Assembly (NCBI RefSeq): GCF_039654945.1
Contig: NW_027361705.1
Coordinates: forward strand, 25,668,001 to 25,732,000
Origin: Dendrobates tinctorius
Lineage: Eukaryota
Direction of reading: 5' to 3'
DNA: 64,000 nucleotides
Below, in pieces: positions 35,066 to 47,703 of the stretch (position 1 is its first letter; every line of letters starts with the position of its first letter). Below the pieces are notes generated by a model that did no database searches, was not told the origin of the DNA, and saw only the letters and a list, made by a program, of their open reading frames with translations. Position numbers and translations under genes: made by a program.

Positions 35066-35797
35066 TCAGGTGTCAGCCGTTATTTGGCGATCAGCGCCTG
35101 CTTTATGGCGACAGTCGTCATCGGCTTCTGGCGGAAGAGAAGCAAATGCCTCCAGGGCTTTGCCTTTTAGCCCTGGGGTCAAGTACCTTGCCCATTGGTC
35201 TCTAGGCAGCTGGTACTGTCTGCAGGCTTTCTCAAAGGCTCGCAGGAACGTGTCCAAGTCCCCGTCCTTTTCCATCACGGGAAAATGCTCTGGCCGGGGT
35301 TTAGGAGTCTGGACGCTGCTGGGCTCACGGCTTCGGGCTGTGGGGGCATTCCCACCCCGCTGGAGTACCTCCAGTTCATGGGCCCTCTGCGCCTGGCGCT
35401 CGGCTCTCTCAGCCTCAGCTTGGCGCTCAGCTCTCTCCGCCTGGCGCTCGGCTCGCTGCTCTGCTCTCTCTCGAGCTTGCTGGATCAGCCTCACCCGCCC
35501 ATCACTGTCTTCGGCGGGGAGTTCGTCCAAGGCCATTTGCAGATAGGGGTCCACCCCGTTCTGGTTGAATGTGGGGCCAGCGCTCAGGAGTGGAGCCTCT
35601 GCTGCAGCCCCATTGCCACTTGGGCCAACTTCTGCGCTCGCTGGATTCTGGTCGTTGTCCAGCTGCACTAGAGCCGCGATCATTTGATCTTTGGTTCCGC
35701 CTGCGGCGTCTATGCCTCGGTACGTGCATAACCCAGCAAGGGTGTCCTTTTTCTGCTTCTGATACCACTCCACTGTCATCGCCGCCATGGTTGCCAA
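35066..35797 (-). pseudogene. Gag N-terminal part, out of frame with pol
   Basis: A helical N-terminus (GTKDQMIAAL), a coiled-coil repeat (AERQ) and the capsid-like FLRAFEKAC..WARYL..GKA. Confidence 0.85.
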
Positions 35798-35984
35798 ATA
35801 AAAGATAGAAAAAGAAAAACGAAGAAACGGGAGGGGGATACTTGCATGTACACACTAATGTCTCAGGACTAGTAACCACTGAGTCTGTTCTCCAAAACCT
35901 ATGATGCAGGATTCCCGCAGGAACCGTGCAGGTCTTTAGTGAGAGGAATGATTGCTCAAACCAAATCACTAATGCTCTAGGATG

Positions 35985-36004
35985 ATCCCACCGCTCTGCC
36001 ACCA
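35985..36004 (-). other. Primer-binding site, tRNA-Leu-like
   Basis: The minus strand reads TGGTGGCAGAGCGGTGGGAT, 3 nt from the 5' LTR. It matches a tRNA-Leu 3' end (ATCCCACCGCTGCCACCA) with a 2-nt bulge. Confidence 0.8.
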
Positions 36005-36007
36005 ATA

Positions 36008-37583
36008 TGTGACGAACAGCCCACGGCCGTTCGTCCACTTACGGAGGCGACTAACGGGGGGTCCCGCTGCCACCAAAACGCGACGGACAGCGGACCCTGT
36101 GTCACCACTATGTCACAGTCCCACCACTGACAGGGGTGTATCAGCGGACTGAGGGACGAGACAATGCCGGCACACGGCTATCACAGGCGCAGTGGGGCTT
36201 ATCTTAGTTATCCCACCACTGGCACCATGTGACAAAAATATCCAGCAAGCTAATCTCGCTCTACAATTTGCCGCAGGGGGAGTTTAATTTGGATGCCCCG
36301 CCACTGCTATCAATCTTCCAAGTACTGCGGGGATTTATGTATATCCCACTTTCTCAGTTCCACTTTGGAACTCGCAGCTCTCCGGCGCCCCCCTTACCCT
36401 CAGGTCAGTCAGGGAACTGCACCTAGGATAATTAGTCGCCGGACGGGCTGCCTGTTGTGAACCGGCAATTAGGTTTCTGCAGTAAGGGAATTATCAGCTG
36501 TGGCCGCAGCCCCTCATTCAGCTATATAAGACCCTTCTAGACTGCCAGCAAGCCGCAATAGCCGTGCACAACGTGCTGCCACCAGTCACGGTTACTTAAT
36601 TCACTGTGTTAAATTAAGAGGGTCCGTGGCAAACCCCTTGAATTAGTAGCGATTATCTATCAAAGGCGTATAGTTCGAGTCTTAGAGCATAGAGACAGAT
36701 CTAAATAATTCATTTATTTTCCGAAAGAGGACAGTGATTACAGATAAAAGTTGCTATAAAATTGAGACATAAAATATGTACAGTACAGGTATAAAATAAA
36801 AGTGGAGAAAACAAAGAGATTACACTCACAGTTCCATATTCCTTAGGCAGACCATGCGGCTAAGGTGGGTGGAGGCGGAGCTGCACTTCTCCGCTCATCT
36901 GGGTCTTTCTAGCACGACGACTTGAGCTGTTCTCCCCTGGTTTTGTCCAGGAAATGCTTTATAGACTTGCTATGTGACATCACAGAGAGATGCATGCTGG
37001 GTTAATCCCACCTCTCCCTTTTGGATTTAGAATTACACTAGAAAACTTATACTAATCATAACTCCGTGGGGGCAGCCCGCACAGACACATATAGGGCATC
37101 ATTGGTTGTGATTTGTTGAGTGCAATAATTCAAGACCAAATATGCAGTAGTTCTGATACACCGTTTAGCTGGAACACATATCTCAGGTTCTGAAAGGATT
37201 ACGCTTCGCCAGAACCACGGCAGCGACGCTGTGACCGCCCGGATTACAAAAATGTGATTTTCATATCTCTAGGGTATTTGGTTCTTATGGTATAGTCTCT
37301 CATAGTTTTATTCGTTTCAAACAAAGAAGTTTTTCCCGCTCTGAAGAGGAGAGAAGGAAACAAATGGTTGCAACAGCAGGGGGGTCTCCTATTACTAGTG
37401 CGAACACAGGCTGTAGAGGAGGGGGGGTGGCACTGCTCTGTGTGTGTGTGAAGGGAGGAGGGATGAAGCTGCAGAGCTAGCAGCCTGGATTGTCATATCT
37501 GCCGGATCTTTCTGGAAAGTTACAACAGAAGACATCATATTTTGTGGACAAAACCCCATACCTCACAGACATTGTACATCACA
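36008..37583 (-). repeat. 5' LTR of the Gmr1-like element
   Basis: Direct repeat of 29176-30748 with roughly 20 small differences counted by eye. Confidence 0.97.
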
Positions 37584-38245
37584 GAGAGGACTAGATACAC
37601 GGCTCCGCAGTCAGTATCACACAGGATAGGATTCGATACAGGGCTCAGCAGTCAGTATCACACAGGATAGGATTAGGTGTCCAGCAGATGGCCAAGTGTT
37701 TTGAAAGAGCAGGGAGCAGCTCCTATGTTTTGTAAGTGCAGGAGCTGCAGCTGGTCGGGTGTTTTGGAAAGAGCAGCTCGGTCTCCAGCAGCTTGTCCTG
37801 TATCCTCTCCTGCAGCTGGTATGTGCAGAGTGAACATCCAAGCCCTGTTATGCTGGAACAGTACAGCATCCAGGGCTTGCAATAGAGTGTAAATGGAGCT
37901 AAAAGTAAAGCACTGGGCTCTAATAAGATGGTGCCTGGCCACACCTATAGCTGTGAATTGAGCTGCCCACAGAGGTGTGCCCAGTTCACTCCTGATGCAG
38001 CTGCAATGATAGATAGGGTCGGGAGCCGACTCTTGTCTCTTATGCCCAGGGACTGCCGTAAATGAGCATGGAAAGTGTCGTTCAGCAGCCAGAAAGGAAA
38101 GATGGCAGCTCCCAGTGGCTGCATTAATATAGTAAAAAAAAAACAAAAACATACACACCACTGAGTCAAGCTTAGGGGACAATATCTTTTTGTACGATTT
38201 TCTTTTTTACATTAAATTATGAAAACACACAGCACCTTCCCTTTA

Positions 38246-39174
38246 GGCTGTGTGCCCACGATGCGATTTTTAAGCGTTTTTGCCGCTATTTTCGGCGCGA
38301 AAACGTTTAAAAATCGTGTACAGAACGCCACCCATGCATTCCTATGGCATTCCGCACATGCTGTGCTAATGCTGCGCTTTTTTCCGTGGCGGAATCGCAT
38401 CGTGGAAAAAATCGCAGCATGATCATTCTTTTGTGCGGAATCGCAAAGAATTGCAGCGATTCCGCACCCATAGGAATGCATGAGAACCGCTTGCTTCCCG
38501 CATGTGGCTATGCCCACCATGCGGGAAGTTAAGCGTCATGTGCGGTTGGTACCCACGGTGTGGAGGAGAGGAGACTGTCCTCCAGGCCCTGGGTACCATA
38601 CCCCTGTAAAATAAAAGAATAAAAAATTGGGGTATATTTACCTTCCAACGTCCCTCGCTGCCATCCCGGGCCACAGCGTTCCCAGTAATGCCTTGCGGCA
38701 AGGTCCTGTGATGATGTAGTCTCGCGTGACTCTAGCGGTCTTGCGAGATCGCTATAGTAACGCGAGACCAACGTCATCACAGGTCTCGCAAGGCATCGCT
38801 GGGAACGCTGAGGCTCGGGATGGCAGCGCGGGACGTCGGAAGTTAAATATACCCCGATTTTTTATTCTTAGTTTTTTTTTTAATTTTTTTTTATTTTGTT
38901 ATTTTTAACAATCTATCTTTTACTATTGATGCTGCATAGGTGGCCTCAACAGTAAAAAGCTGGTCACACTTGGCAAACACTATGTTTGACGAGTGTGACC
39001 AACCTGTCAATCATTTTCCAAGCGATGCTTCAAATCGCTTGGAAAGTGCTTGAGAAAATCGCGGCAAAATCTCGAACAGAATCGCGGTGAAATCGCGCGG
39101 AAAAAAACGCGCGATTTCTGGGAAGGAGTCCGGTTTTTACTGTGCGTTTTATAACGCTACGTGGGCCCATAGCC
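38246..39174. mobile_element. MITE, Harbinger-type (TTA TSD)
   Basis: TTA|GGCTGTGTGCCCACG ... CGTGGGCCCATAGCC|TTA. Related to 13580-13990 and 49118-50029. Confidence 0.85.
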
Positions 39175-39373
39175 TTAAGGAGGTTCTTTTAGAGATAAAT
39201 ATTTTTTTCAGCTGTGTAATCAAATAAAAGCCATCTACTTGTCGCTTGTCTGTGTGTCATTAACAGTGGATTCCAAGTAATTGTGACTATTCATAGATAC
39301 AGATCCAATGGATCATTTCATGGGGGTACATTGGCTTCATTACCAAAATGTTTAACAGATAAATCATCTTTAA

Positions 39374-40351
39374 CCCTTTCCGACATTGGGCGTACATTTA
39401 GGCTGGTTTCACATTTGCATCTGTGTGCGCAGCGTTTGATCCGCATGTGTCATATGTACATATATTTAACATTGTGTACGCAGGGACATGCGTTCACATG
39501 CTTTTGCGTACGCATGCATAGTTTCGCGGGGCGTGGCGAACGCAACATGTTGCATTTTTTGAGGCATCCAATATGCGCAGTCATGCGGATGAGTGCATTA
39601 AAAAGCATTACTGCCTATGGGAACCCATTGGTACGCAAGGACGTGTGTATGCATGCGTTTGATACGCATGCGTTATTCAAAGCACCATGAAATCCCATGA
39701 CACGCCCATTTGTCTGGTGCCATATCGAACGCATGTGCATAAACAACACAAACGTGTGCAAAAACGCATGCACATGCAGCGCTTTTTCCACTGTCATGTG
39801 TAAGATGATGCGCATAAACGCAACGTAAACATGCGTTTTTGCGTGTTTGCGCATGTGGATGATACGCTGCAGACTCAAAAGCTAATGTGAACCTAGCCTT
39901 ACCTTGATGTCTGACTCCCTCCCTTTGATGTGGTCTCAGGCGCTGAGCCCACGTCTTTTCCCAGCACGTATCGGCTGTTTTGAACAGCTGACATGGGCCC
40001 ACAATAGCCGCAGGTGGAATCCGCTGCTATTAACCTGTTAAATGCCGCTGTCAAACGCTGACAGCGGCATTTAACAAGCGTTTCAGGCAGTCGCGCCCAA
40101 AATCCGCCCACCAGGGACCCATGTCACGTGATCGCGGGTCACCGGTTTGTTGGCATGACAGCCAGAGGTATCCTGAAGACCTCTATGCTTGTCAGCGCCA
40201 ACTTGCTGTGAATGCCACGCTGTGGTCGGCGCTCGTAGCAAGTGAGTAATTCTGCTATAGAGGCGATCTGATCGTTGCCTCTGTGTAGCAGAGCTGATCG
40301 GGTTATGGCAGCTTCTAGTCTCCCATGGAGACTATTGAAGCATGCCAAAAG

Positions 40352-40388
<37 letters not shown>

Positions 40389-41129
40389 AAATCACTCCCC
40401 TTTCAACCCATTCAAAATAAATCCATAAAAAAAGTAAAACGTACACATATTTGGTATCGCCGCGTTCAGAATCGCCCGATCTATCAATAAAAAAAAAAAA
40501 GATTAACCTGATCGCTAAACGGCATAACGAGAAAAAAAGTCACAATGCCAGAATTGTTTTTCCTCCCGCAATATTGAATTAAAATGCAATAACAGGCGAT
40601 TAGAAGATTGCATCTGCACCAAAATGGTATCTTTAAAAACGTCAGCTCGGCGCCCAAAAAATAAGCCCTCACCAAACTTGATATCACGAAAAATGGAGAC
40701 GCTATGGGTATCAGAAAATGGCGCAGTTTTTTTTTCTTAAACTTTGGATGTTTTTCACCACTTAGATAAAAAAGAACCTAGACATGTTTGGGGTCTATGA
40801 ACCCATAATGACCTTGAGACTGAGTGGCAGGTCAGTTTTAGCATTTGGTGAACCTAGTTAAAAAGCCAAACAAAGTATGGGATTGCACTTCTTTCTTTTT
40901 TTTTTTTTTTTTTTTTTTTTTTTGCAATTTCACCGCACTTGGAATTTTTTTCCCGTTTACGAGTACACGATATGGTAAAACCAATGGTGTCGCTCAAAAG
41001 TACAACTCGTCCTCCAAAAAACAAGCCCTCATGTGGCCATATTGACAGAAAAATAAAAAAGTTATGGCTCTGGAAAGGGGGGAGTGAAAAACGAAAATGC
41101 AAAACAAAAAAAGCCCCTGGGATTAAGGG
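39374..41129. mobile_element. Non-autonomous TTAA-target (piggyBac-like) element
   Basis: TTAA|CCCTTT left end and a degenerate AAGGG right end. The 3' part is homologous to about 14060-14437, which ends AAGGGGTTAA. Confidence 0.55.
39401..39898. mobile_element. MITE, Harbinger-type (TTA TSD), nested
   Basis: TTA|GGCTGGTTTCACATT ... AATGTGAACCTAGCC|TTA. Confidence 0.85.
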
Positions 41130-41394
41130 AGCATTAGCCAAGCTGTATTTGAGTCTATATTTTTTTCCTTCTTTCCTCTCATCTATTCCAAAACTCCCTA
41201 CTTAAAGGCCCTGATTTTCAAAGACTGGAAATTTGTACACCCGATTTGATGACCTGGTGTGTTGGAGCGAGATGTGCCAAATTCACATTCAGAGGTGTGT
41301 GCCTCCTAATTAATTTGGTGCATCTTTTAGCTGCCATAATCTTCAAAAAAAAAAAAAATGATCTGCATAAAATGACTGCAACTATCACGGATTA

Positions 41395-41896
41395 GGCCTC
41401 TTTCACACATCCGTTTTGCGCCGTCAGGCGAGATCCGGCTTTTTTTTGTAAAACCGGATCCGGTTTTTCCCCATTGACTTGTATTAGCGCCGGATGGCAT
41501 TGCGGCTCGTCCGTTTTTTGCCGGATCCGGCTATTTGTCTCATTCCGGCATCTGGAAAAAACGGCTACTGTAACGTTTTTTGTCTCCGGCGAAAAAGCCG
41601 GAAGCGCCGGATCCGAGGCTTCCGGCTTTTTACCACAATGAAAGTCTATGGGTGCCGGAATGCGCCGGATCCAGAAAAAGATGGATCCAGCCACCGGATC
41701 AGTTTTTTTTTTTGTAAGTCTGCGCATGCTCAGATCCAATTGGCCAGCCCCCAGGAAACAGATATAACCTGCTAGACGGATCCAGCAGAAAAACGGATTC
41801 GTTTCTAGTTGTCCAAAATTTACGCCGGATCCGTTTTTTCTAAAAAAAATAGCCGGATCCTGCCTGACGGCAGAAAACTGGTGTGTGAAAGTAGCT
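41395..41896. mobile_element. MITE, Harbinger-type (TTA TSD)
   Basis: TTA|GGCCTCTTTCACACA ... TGTGTGAAAGTAGCT|TTA, with a CCGGATCCGG-rich interior. Confidence 0.85.
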
Positions 41897-42835
41897 TTAC
41901 AGACCTGTGTGGACGGGAGCTCATTTTTATGGCAGCAGTAGAACTCTTCTTGCAGACATATAGCCACTTCTGAGACTTGCATCTGATATGTAAAATTGCT
42001 CCAGATTAGCTCTCCATTTTATGGCGTTGGCAAATGGCATTGGGTTGTGTCTTGTCGCCCCATTTATTCATAACTGAGATGCATAGTATTGCACATTTTT
42101 AGGGTCCCTTATAACTACAATTAAATACTGTGTTTAAATATATATAAGGTCATGTTTAATAATGTCCTCTCAAACTTTGGATGCTTTGCTTGGATTCTTG
42201 CCCTCTAGCGGGCATGACTTATGGAGAAACTGACACTTTGTACCCTCAACCATTCATGTCATCCCCTACAACCCTCCCCTCTGACAATATTCCCCTACTG
42301 TTCCTATAAAGTGTGCAGATCTGTGTCTCGTTAGTGACTAACCGTAACGTCATTACAAAATTACATGAAGACTGAATGCTTTGGATTCTGGATTTATTAA
42401 ATGTCTCTTCTCAAATTGACATTTGTATAAAGACTACTGGTAAATGTTTTTTTTTTTTTTTTTTCTTTTATTAAAAAGCCTTGTGCTGTAGGGATAGGTT
42501 CCCAGCTGGTGATGTTACAGAAGTACAGCTCCCACCTGGGGAGCCAGTAGTTGGAAGCCGTTGCTGTAATCTTGATGTCAAGAAATCAAGTTCTATCACA
42601 CTGGGTCAATTTTAAGCTTCTGAACAAAGTTGTGTTGTGTGTTTTTTTTTTTTTTTTTTTTTGAAAGAAATTCCTGTAAATTGTGGTCAGTGGTGCTTGC
42701 TTTATTTATTGCTAGTGTTACATTGTCCACCACTGGACCAACACTTATTAATTAGTCCAGGGAGGTGAAAAACAATTGATCCTTAATGCCATCATCTGGT
42801 GGGGGAGTTGCATGAGCACTGCAGCCAGTTGGCAG

Positions 42836-42978
42836 CTTCTGATCAACTGCAGCGTTCACATTTTTGAGTGGAAAAATGCTTCTTCCACTCAGGAAAAAAT
42901 TGAGCACTGCAGTTCACCATGGACTGGTTGCACCGCTCACCTGTTGCCCCTCTGGATGTTTTTTGGCACAAGAATGGA
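42836..42978 (+). other. Candidate upstream exon of PPP6R3 (5' boundary uncertain, 42668 or 42836)
   Basis: Donor GGA|GTGAGC at 42979. It contains ACCATGG at 42916-42922, in frame with the main ATG after splicing to 43274. Confidence 0.5.
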
Positions 42979-43279
42979 GTGAGCCTGAGTGCTGACTGTA
43001 GAGGAGCATCACTGTTCCAGAGAGGAGTATAAATGTCCCTCCCCTGCTTCCCAAGAACATTAATATAGGTTTGGCCAGTAGTGGAGAACCTTTCTTTTAG
43101 GCACATCTATTAAAAAGATTATTTTTTTGCGTAATGAAAAGTTCTATACTTCTCGAATATATACTTTTTCAGGGATTATTCTAGCACCCTAGTTTACACC
43201 TCTGGGCAATATTAGATTGAGGCAACTACATAGTCTGTATTTGAGATGTTGAAATGTAACTTTTTCTCATCAGCCAAGT

Positions 43280-43506
43280 ATGTTTTGGAAGTTCGACCTG
43301 CATTCTTCATCTTACATAGACACCCTCTTAGAAAAAGATGAGGTGACCCTAAAGGATCTTATGGATGAGGAGGACATTTTGCAAGAATGCAAGGCCCAGA
43401 ATCGTAAACTTGTGGAGTTTTTATTAAAATCTGAATGTTTGGAAGATCTGGTGACTTTCATCACTGAGGAACCTCCACAAGACATGGACGAAAAGATTCG
43501 CTACAA
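43280..43506 (+). CDS. PPP6R3: Serine/threonine-protein phosphatase 6 regulatory subunit 3 (SAPS family), first coding exon
   Basis: [44 protein letters not shown]...[11 protein letters not shown]. The acceptor CAG ends at 43273 (6 nt of UTR), the donor GTAAGA starts at 43507, phase 2. Confidence 0.95.
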
Positions 43507-43666
43507 GTAAGAGATTGGGATCTTGTATATTGACTGTTTATTAAGTGTGTTTGGACCGACCACAAACCATATATTACCTATACACAAAAACATATATGGG
43601 TCAAAATAGTTCTGTAAAGTTAAAATAATTTAAACAAAATGATACTCACGCTTTAAAAAAAAAAAA

Positions 43667-43942
43667 GTGTCGTCCGGGTTAGGCTTTAGTGACTAAGAAC
43701 ATGGTCGGTATTGCGTTCTAATAATTAAAAACAAATACCATATAACCATGAAGACCTAAATAAAAACTGAAACAAACACACTGGGGGAACCATAAAGTGC
43801 TATAAATGTAACTGGCACCTACCCCCCACTGTGACTACTACCTCTGAATAGAAGTGCAGTGGAAAACGCCAGGCTTAAAAGTCTGTTCACATTAGAACGC
43901 AATACCGACCATGTTCTTAGTCACTAGATCCTACCCGGACAC
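43667..43942. repeat. Inverted-repeat element (36-bp perfect arms)
   Basis: TAGTGACTAAGAACATGGTCGGTATTGCGTTCTAAT at 43687-43722, with its reverse complement at 43891-43926. Confidence 0.85.
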
Positions 43943-45899
43943 TTATCATTTTTTTTTTTTTTTTAAACCTTTGTTTTGTTCTGTCTTTCTTGTAGTGTGA
44001 TCCATCAATACTCAGTGTCTTCTAGCATTTAATGCTTATGAGTTTATTCTCTTGATCCTACAGATATATATAAAATAATTTTTTTTTTTTTTTTTTTTTT
44101 TATATTCTCCATTGATTCGTTTTAAATTGTTTATTTTCACCCCTGGTGGTGTGGGTGGGGGTTTCTTACTCGCTGCTGAATCAACCCTGCACACTAGCGC
44201 TGTTGGTATATTATATATTTTAAAATTAAAATAAATCCACAGATAAAGGAGGCTGTTCAAAGAATGATGTTACAGAAATATATGAAAAGTGTTATTTTGC
44301 GATGTATGTAATGAAGATGGCACAGGTCTGGCAGATTTAGTGGCAATGGTACTGGTAAGAGCCACTAGATGACGATAGATGACCTGTGGAATTAAAGCTC
44401 AATATAAAGGGAATATACACACAAGGTGCCACAATGTGGTGCTAGTTTAAAGAATGTGTTTTAATGACAAATGGGAAACAGTTGGAGACCTACCATTACT
44501 GGTCACACAGGTCAGAGCATTGTTTAATGGTAGACAAATGTATGTATACTCTAAATGTTGTTAATGTGTGCAATAGAATATCTAGAAGCATATAAGCTGA
44601 ACTAGATATTGCCCTATTTGTTCATAATTATCCTGGTTCCACAAAGTTGCGATTCTGTGTTGTAATGTCTGTATACTCTGATCAGGCCATGTTCCTGTAT
44701 GGTCAGACACGAGCATTACACAGTACACAGCAGGGACACGTTTATAAGATTATCTCGGCACAGGAACATTTTATTTAACATCCCTAATTGTGGAATTTAA
44801 TACTATTTCAAGATTTATTAAAATGTACTTTTTATGGGAAAACTTTTTAAACTTTTATTTCTTTGACCCTTCCGGATTTTAGTAAATCTGTCTATAACTT
44901 ACTGATCTGAAGTCTTGGTTTTGCACTTTGGCCACTATGCCTAATATTAGGCAAGTAGATCAGTCCTGTACTGTAGAGCCCTTTCAGGAGCGCATTATAT
45001 ACTCACTGACTTGTAAGGAAGAGTCGCTGTTATCTGTGCAGTGGTCATTTTTCAAGGAGGGGAAGGTGGTGAGCTGTGAATCACAGATATTACTGGTAAA
45101 TCCTGTGTATAACTATGTGAATCCTGTAAAAACAAAGAATATATATCAACTAATTTGGTAATTTGCCACAGAAAACAGACCCATTTTGTCTCAATTGTCT
45201 GTTTTCACTGAGGACTGACTAGTGCCCTGGGCTTGGCTTGCTTGCGCTTACAAAGTGGACACAAGCTGCCAGAGAGCAAGTGATGAGAATGCTTTCAATG
45301 TACCAATAAGTGAAATTACTTTTTTTTTTATTATTATTATTTTGAAAGGAAAAAATGTAAAATTTGTAAGTGTGGTAGAATGCATTCAGAATAAAATTTA
45401 ATTCAGCATAACAAACATGACAAATACAGATGCGATATCTGGAGAGTGATGATCTGCACCTAATTCTGTCACACATTTTTACATTGGCAAGTGAGGAATT
45501 AAGTACAGAAGTGAGAGGTTGGGCAGTGTTTTGGTGTATCAGTAATCTAAGGGCAAGGCCAGCCACTGTATACAGACAGGTAGTTGTACACTTGGCGGGC
45601 TCAGCTGCCTCTAACACATAGGCAGGGCTTTACAGGAGCTGGATTATATAACAATACACTGCAATATGGACTGTAAAATAACAAAAAGCCCAGAAAACTC
45701 TGATCAATTAACATCAGTCTTTTCCATTTTGTCTATGTATTTGTATATAATTTACTTTTGGAATGTTTGCACCCTCCTGTTAATGCAATGGTTTTCCTTG
45801 TTATCGGAATGTGCACATTGTAGCTTTAGACTGAAGGCAGCAAACCATGAAGAAACACGTATGGAAGAGTAAAGAAACGCACATTAAACCTTGGATGTA

Positions 45900-46285
45900 A
45901 AGATGTCTGGTTCCTCAAAGCCCACCCACCTTCTCTTACTTTCCCTTGGCATTCTCTCAAACGGCTTTATCAGGCAGTCACCTTCACTCTCCATCCAACT
46001 TATCCCAGGTTGATGTCGAGTGATTGTGTCAGATGATGTGGTCTCCACAATCTCCATCCTTCTCGTTCTTGGTCACATCGCTGTAACATGATCCTACTAA
46101 GTGCAAGTTAGATGGGATGTCATGTAGTTGCAGAATGCTGTGGTTGCCATGCTGGGAAACTGTGCCTTGAAATTGGAATAAATGAGCAACAGTGTCACCA
46201 GCAAAGCACAATCACCACTCATTCTTGCTGTCTGTTGGCCACCACACATGTAGAAACAATTTGCTCACCTTTTCTGCATCTCACA
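45900..46285 (-). mobile_element. Decayed Tc1 transposase fragment
   Basis: The minus strand reads ..AGDTVAHLFQFQGTVSQHGNHSILQLHDIPS, homologous to the 7470 element. Confidence 0.7.
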
Positions 46286-46320
46286 TTTCAGTTACAGACA
46301 GAATTAGACGATTAGAATTA

Positions 46321-47256
46321 GGCCTTTCACATTTCCGTTTTTTGACGTCCGTCAAAATCCGCCAGTTTGTGAAAAAAAACGGATCCATCCCTTTTTTGGC
46401 GGATCCGCTTTTTTCCCCCCATAGACTTGCATTAGTGGCGGATGTTGACTGACTGTCGTCTGTTGGATCCTTTTTTTGACGGATCCGTGAAAATTTTAGC
46501 GGTTCCCGGGCGGACCAGACGGACCCTGCAATGTTTTTTTTTTTTTTTGGATTGACGGTCTGCTATTTTTAAGTGCGAATGGCCGGATGCTTCACTCCGG
46601 GAAACATTTTAACCTTGAAATACTGTCCTGGAAGCGGCGAATAATATCGCTCTCTTTCTCTCTTTTTTTCTTTTTCTCTTTCTCGCGCTCTTTTTTTTTT
46701 TTTTTCTCGCGCTCTTTTTTTCTCGTGCTCTTTTTTCTCGCGCTTTTTTTTTCTTGCGCTCTTTTTTTTTTTTTTCTTGCGCTCTTTTTTTTTTTTTTCT
46801 CGCGCTTTTTTTTTTCTCGCGCTCTTTTTTTCTCGTGCTCTTTTTTTTTCTCGCGCTCTTTTTTTTCTCGCGCTCTTTTTTTTCTCGCGCTCTTTTTTTT
46901 CTCGCGCTCTTTTTTTTCTCGCGCTCTTTTTTTTCTCGCGCTCTTTTTTTTCTCGCGCTCTTTTTTTTCTCGCGCTCTTTTTTTTCTCGCGCTCTTTTTT
47001 TTTTCTCGCGCTCTTTTTTTTTTCTCGCGCTCTTTTTTTTTTCTCGCGCTCTTTTTTTTCTCTCGCGCTCTTTCTCTCGCGCTCTTTCTCTTCCAGGCCG
47101 CGGTCACTTTAAATTTCGGCACTTTGCATTTTCCGCGGATCCGTCCTAACAAGTGGTCTGCTGACATCCGTATGTCACTAAACGGAGGTAAATCCATTGT
47201 TTTTTACTTTTGGCGAATTTCAGCTGAGCGCCAACAACAGAAATGTGAAACAGGCC
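46321..47256. mobile_element. MITE, Harbinger-type, with an internal (CTCGCGCT-Tn) tandem array at about 46650-47090
   Basis: TTA|GGCCTTTCACATTTC ... GAAATGTGAAACAGGCC|TTA. Confidence 0.85.
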
Positions 47257-47703
47257 TTAGACGATTAGAATTGGACGATTACATTGTAGATGGCACCGCT
47301 GTAATTGTGCTGACCTACCAACCTGTCCTACAGTGAAGGAATTGTGGCCCTGGATTATTCTGGGTGATATATAACCGCTGTCTTTAAAGAATTCATGGAT
47401 TGCTTGCTACTAATCTCTGTTATTACAGAAGCCAGACCTCTAAGCAGGAACATTTAGGATTCGGTGAGGTGGAGAAATAACATCTCCCTTTGCACAGTAA
47501 GTGGAGGTCAGTGTGACCTTCAGTGCACACTTTATGCCAGTACGTTGTAGGATTAAATAATGTAGTTGTGATCACATGGGGCCTCTCCACCACAGATGGG
47601 CTAATCACAAAATGTCCAGATATTCAGCCAGAATATTCAGATCAGCACTTGTTATGTAAACCATCGTCTGATAATGTTTGTTTCCGCTTTCTTCCTCATA
47701 CAG

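Larger units (their letters stand above)
29176..37583 (-). mobile_element. Gmr1-like Ty3/Gypsy LTR retrotransposon, near intact
   Basis: Two LTRs of about 1.57 kb (TGTGA...TCACA), a 5-bp TSD GAGAG, a primer-binding site (PBS), a polypurine tract, and gag-pol in the order PR-IN-RT-RH. Confidence 0.97.
27728..38242. mobile_element. Non-autonomous Kolobok/T2-type element hosting the Gypsy insertion
   Basis: TTAA|AGGGAAGGTGC ... GCACCTTCCCT|TTA termini, internal inverted repeats at 28085-28577 and a 41-bp minisatellite. Confidence 0.75.

Noticed and set aside
30709-35808. Plus-strand ORFs over the Gypsy element, suggesting an antisense gene
   Set aside because: They are shadow ORFs of the GC-rich pol/gag, fragmented and without motifs.
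46303-47280. Apparent 16-bp TSD (TTAGACGATTAGAATT) around a MITE
   Set aside because: It is explained by insertion at TTA within a pre-existing 14-bp tandem repeat; the real TSD is 3 bp.
46587-47336. 249-aa Phe-rich and 201-aa Lys/Arg-rich ORFs
   Set aside because: They are translations of a (CTCGCGCT-Tn) simple repeat inside a MITE.
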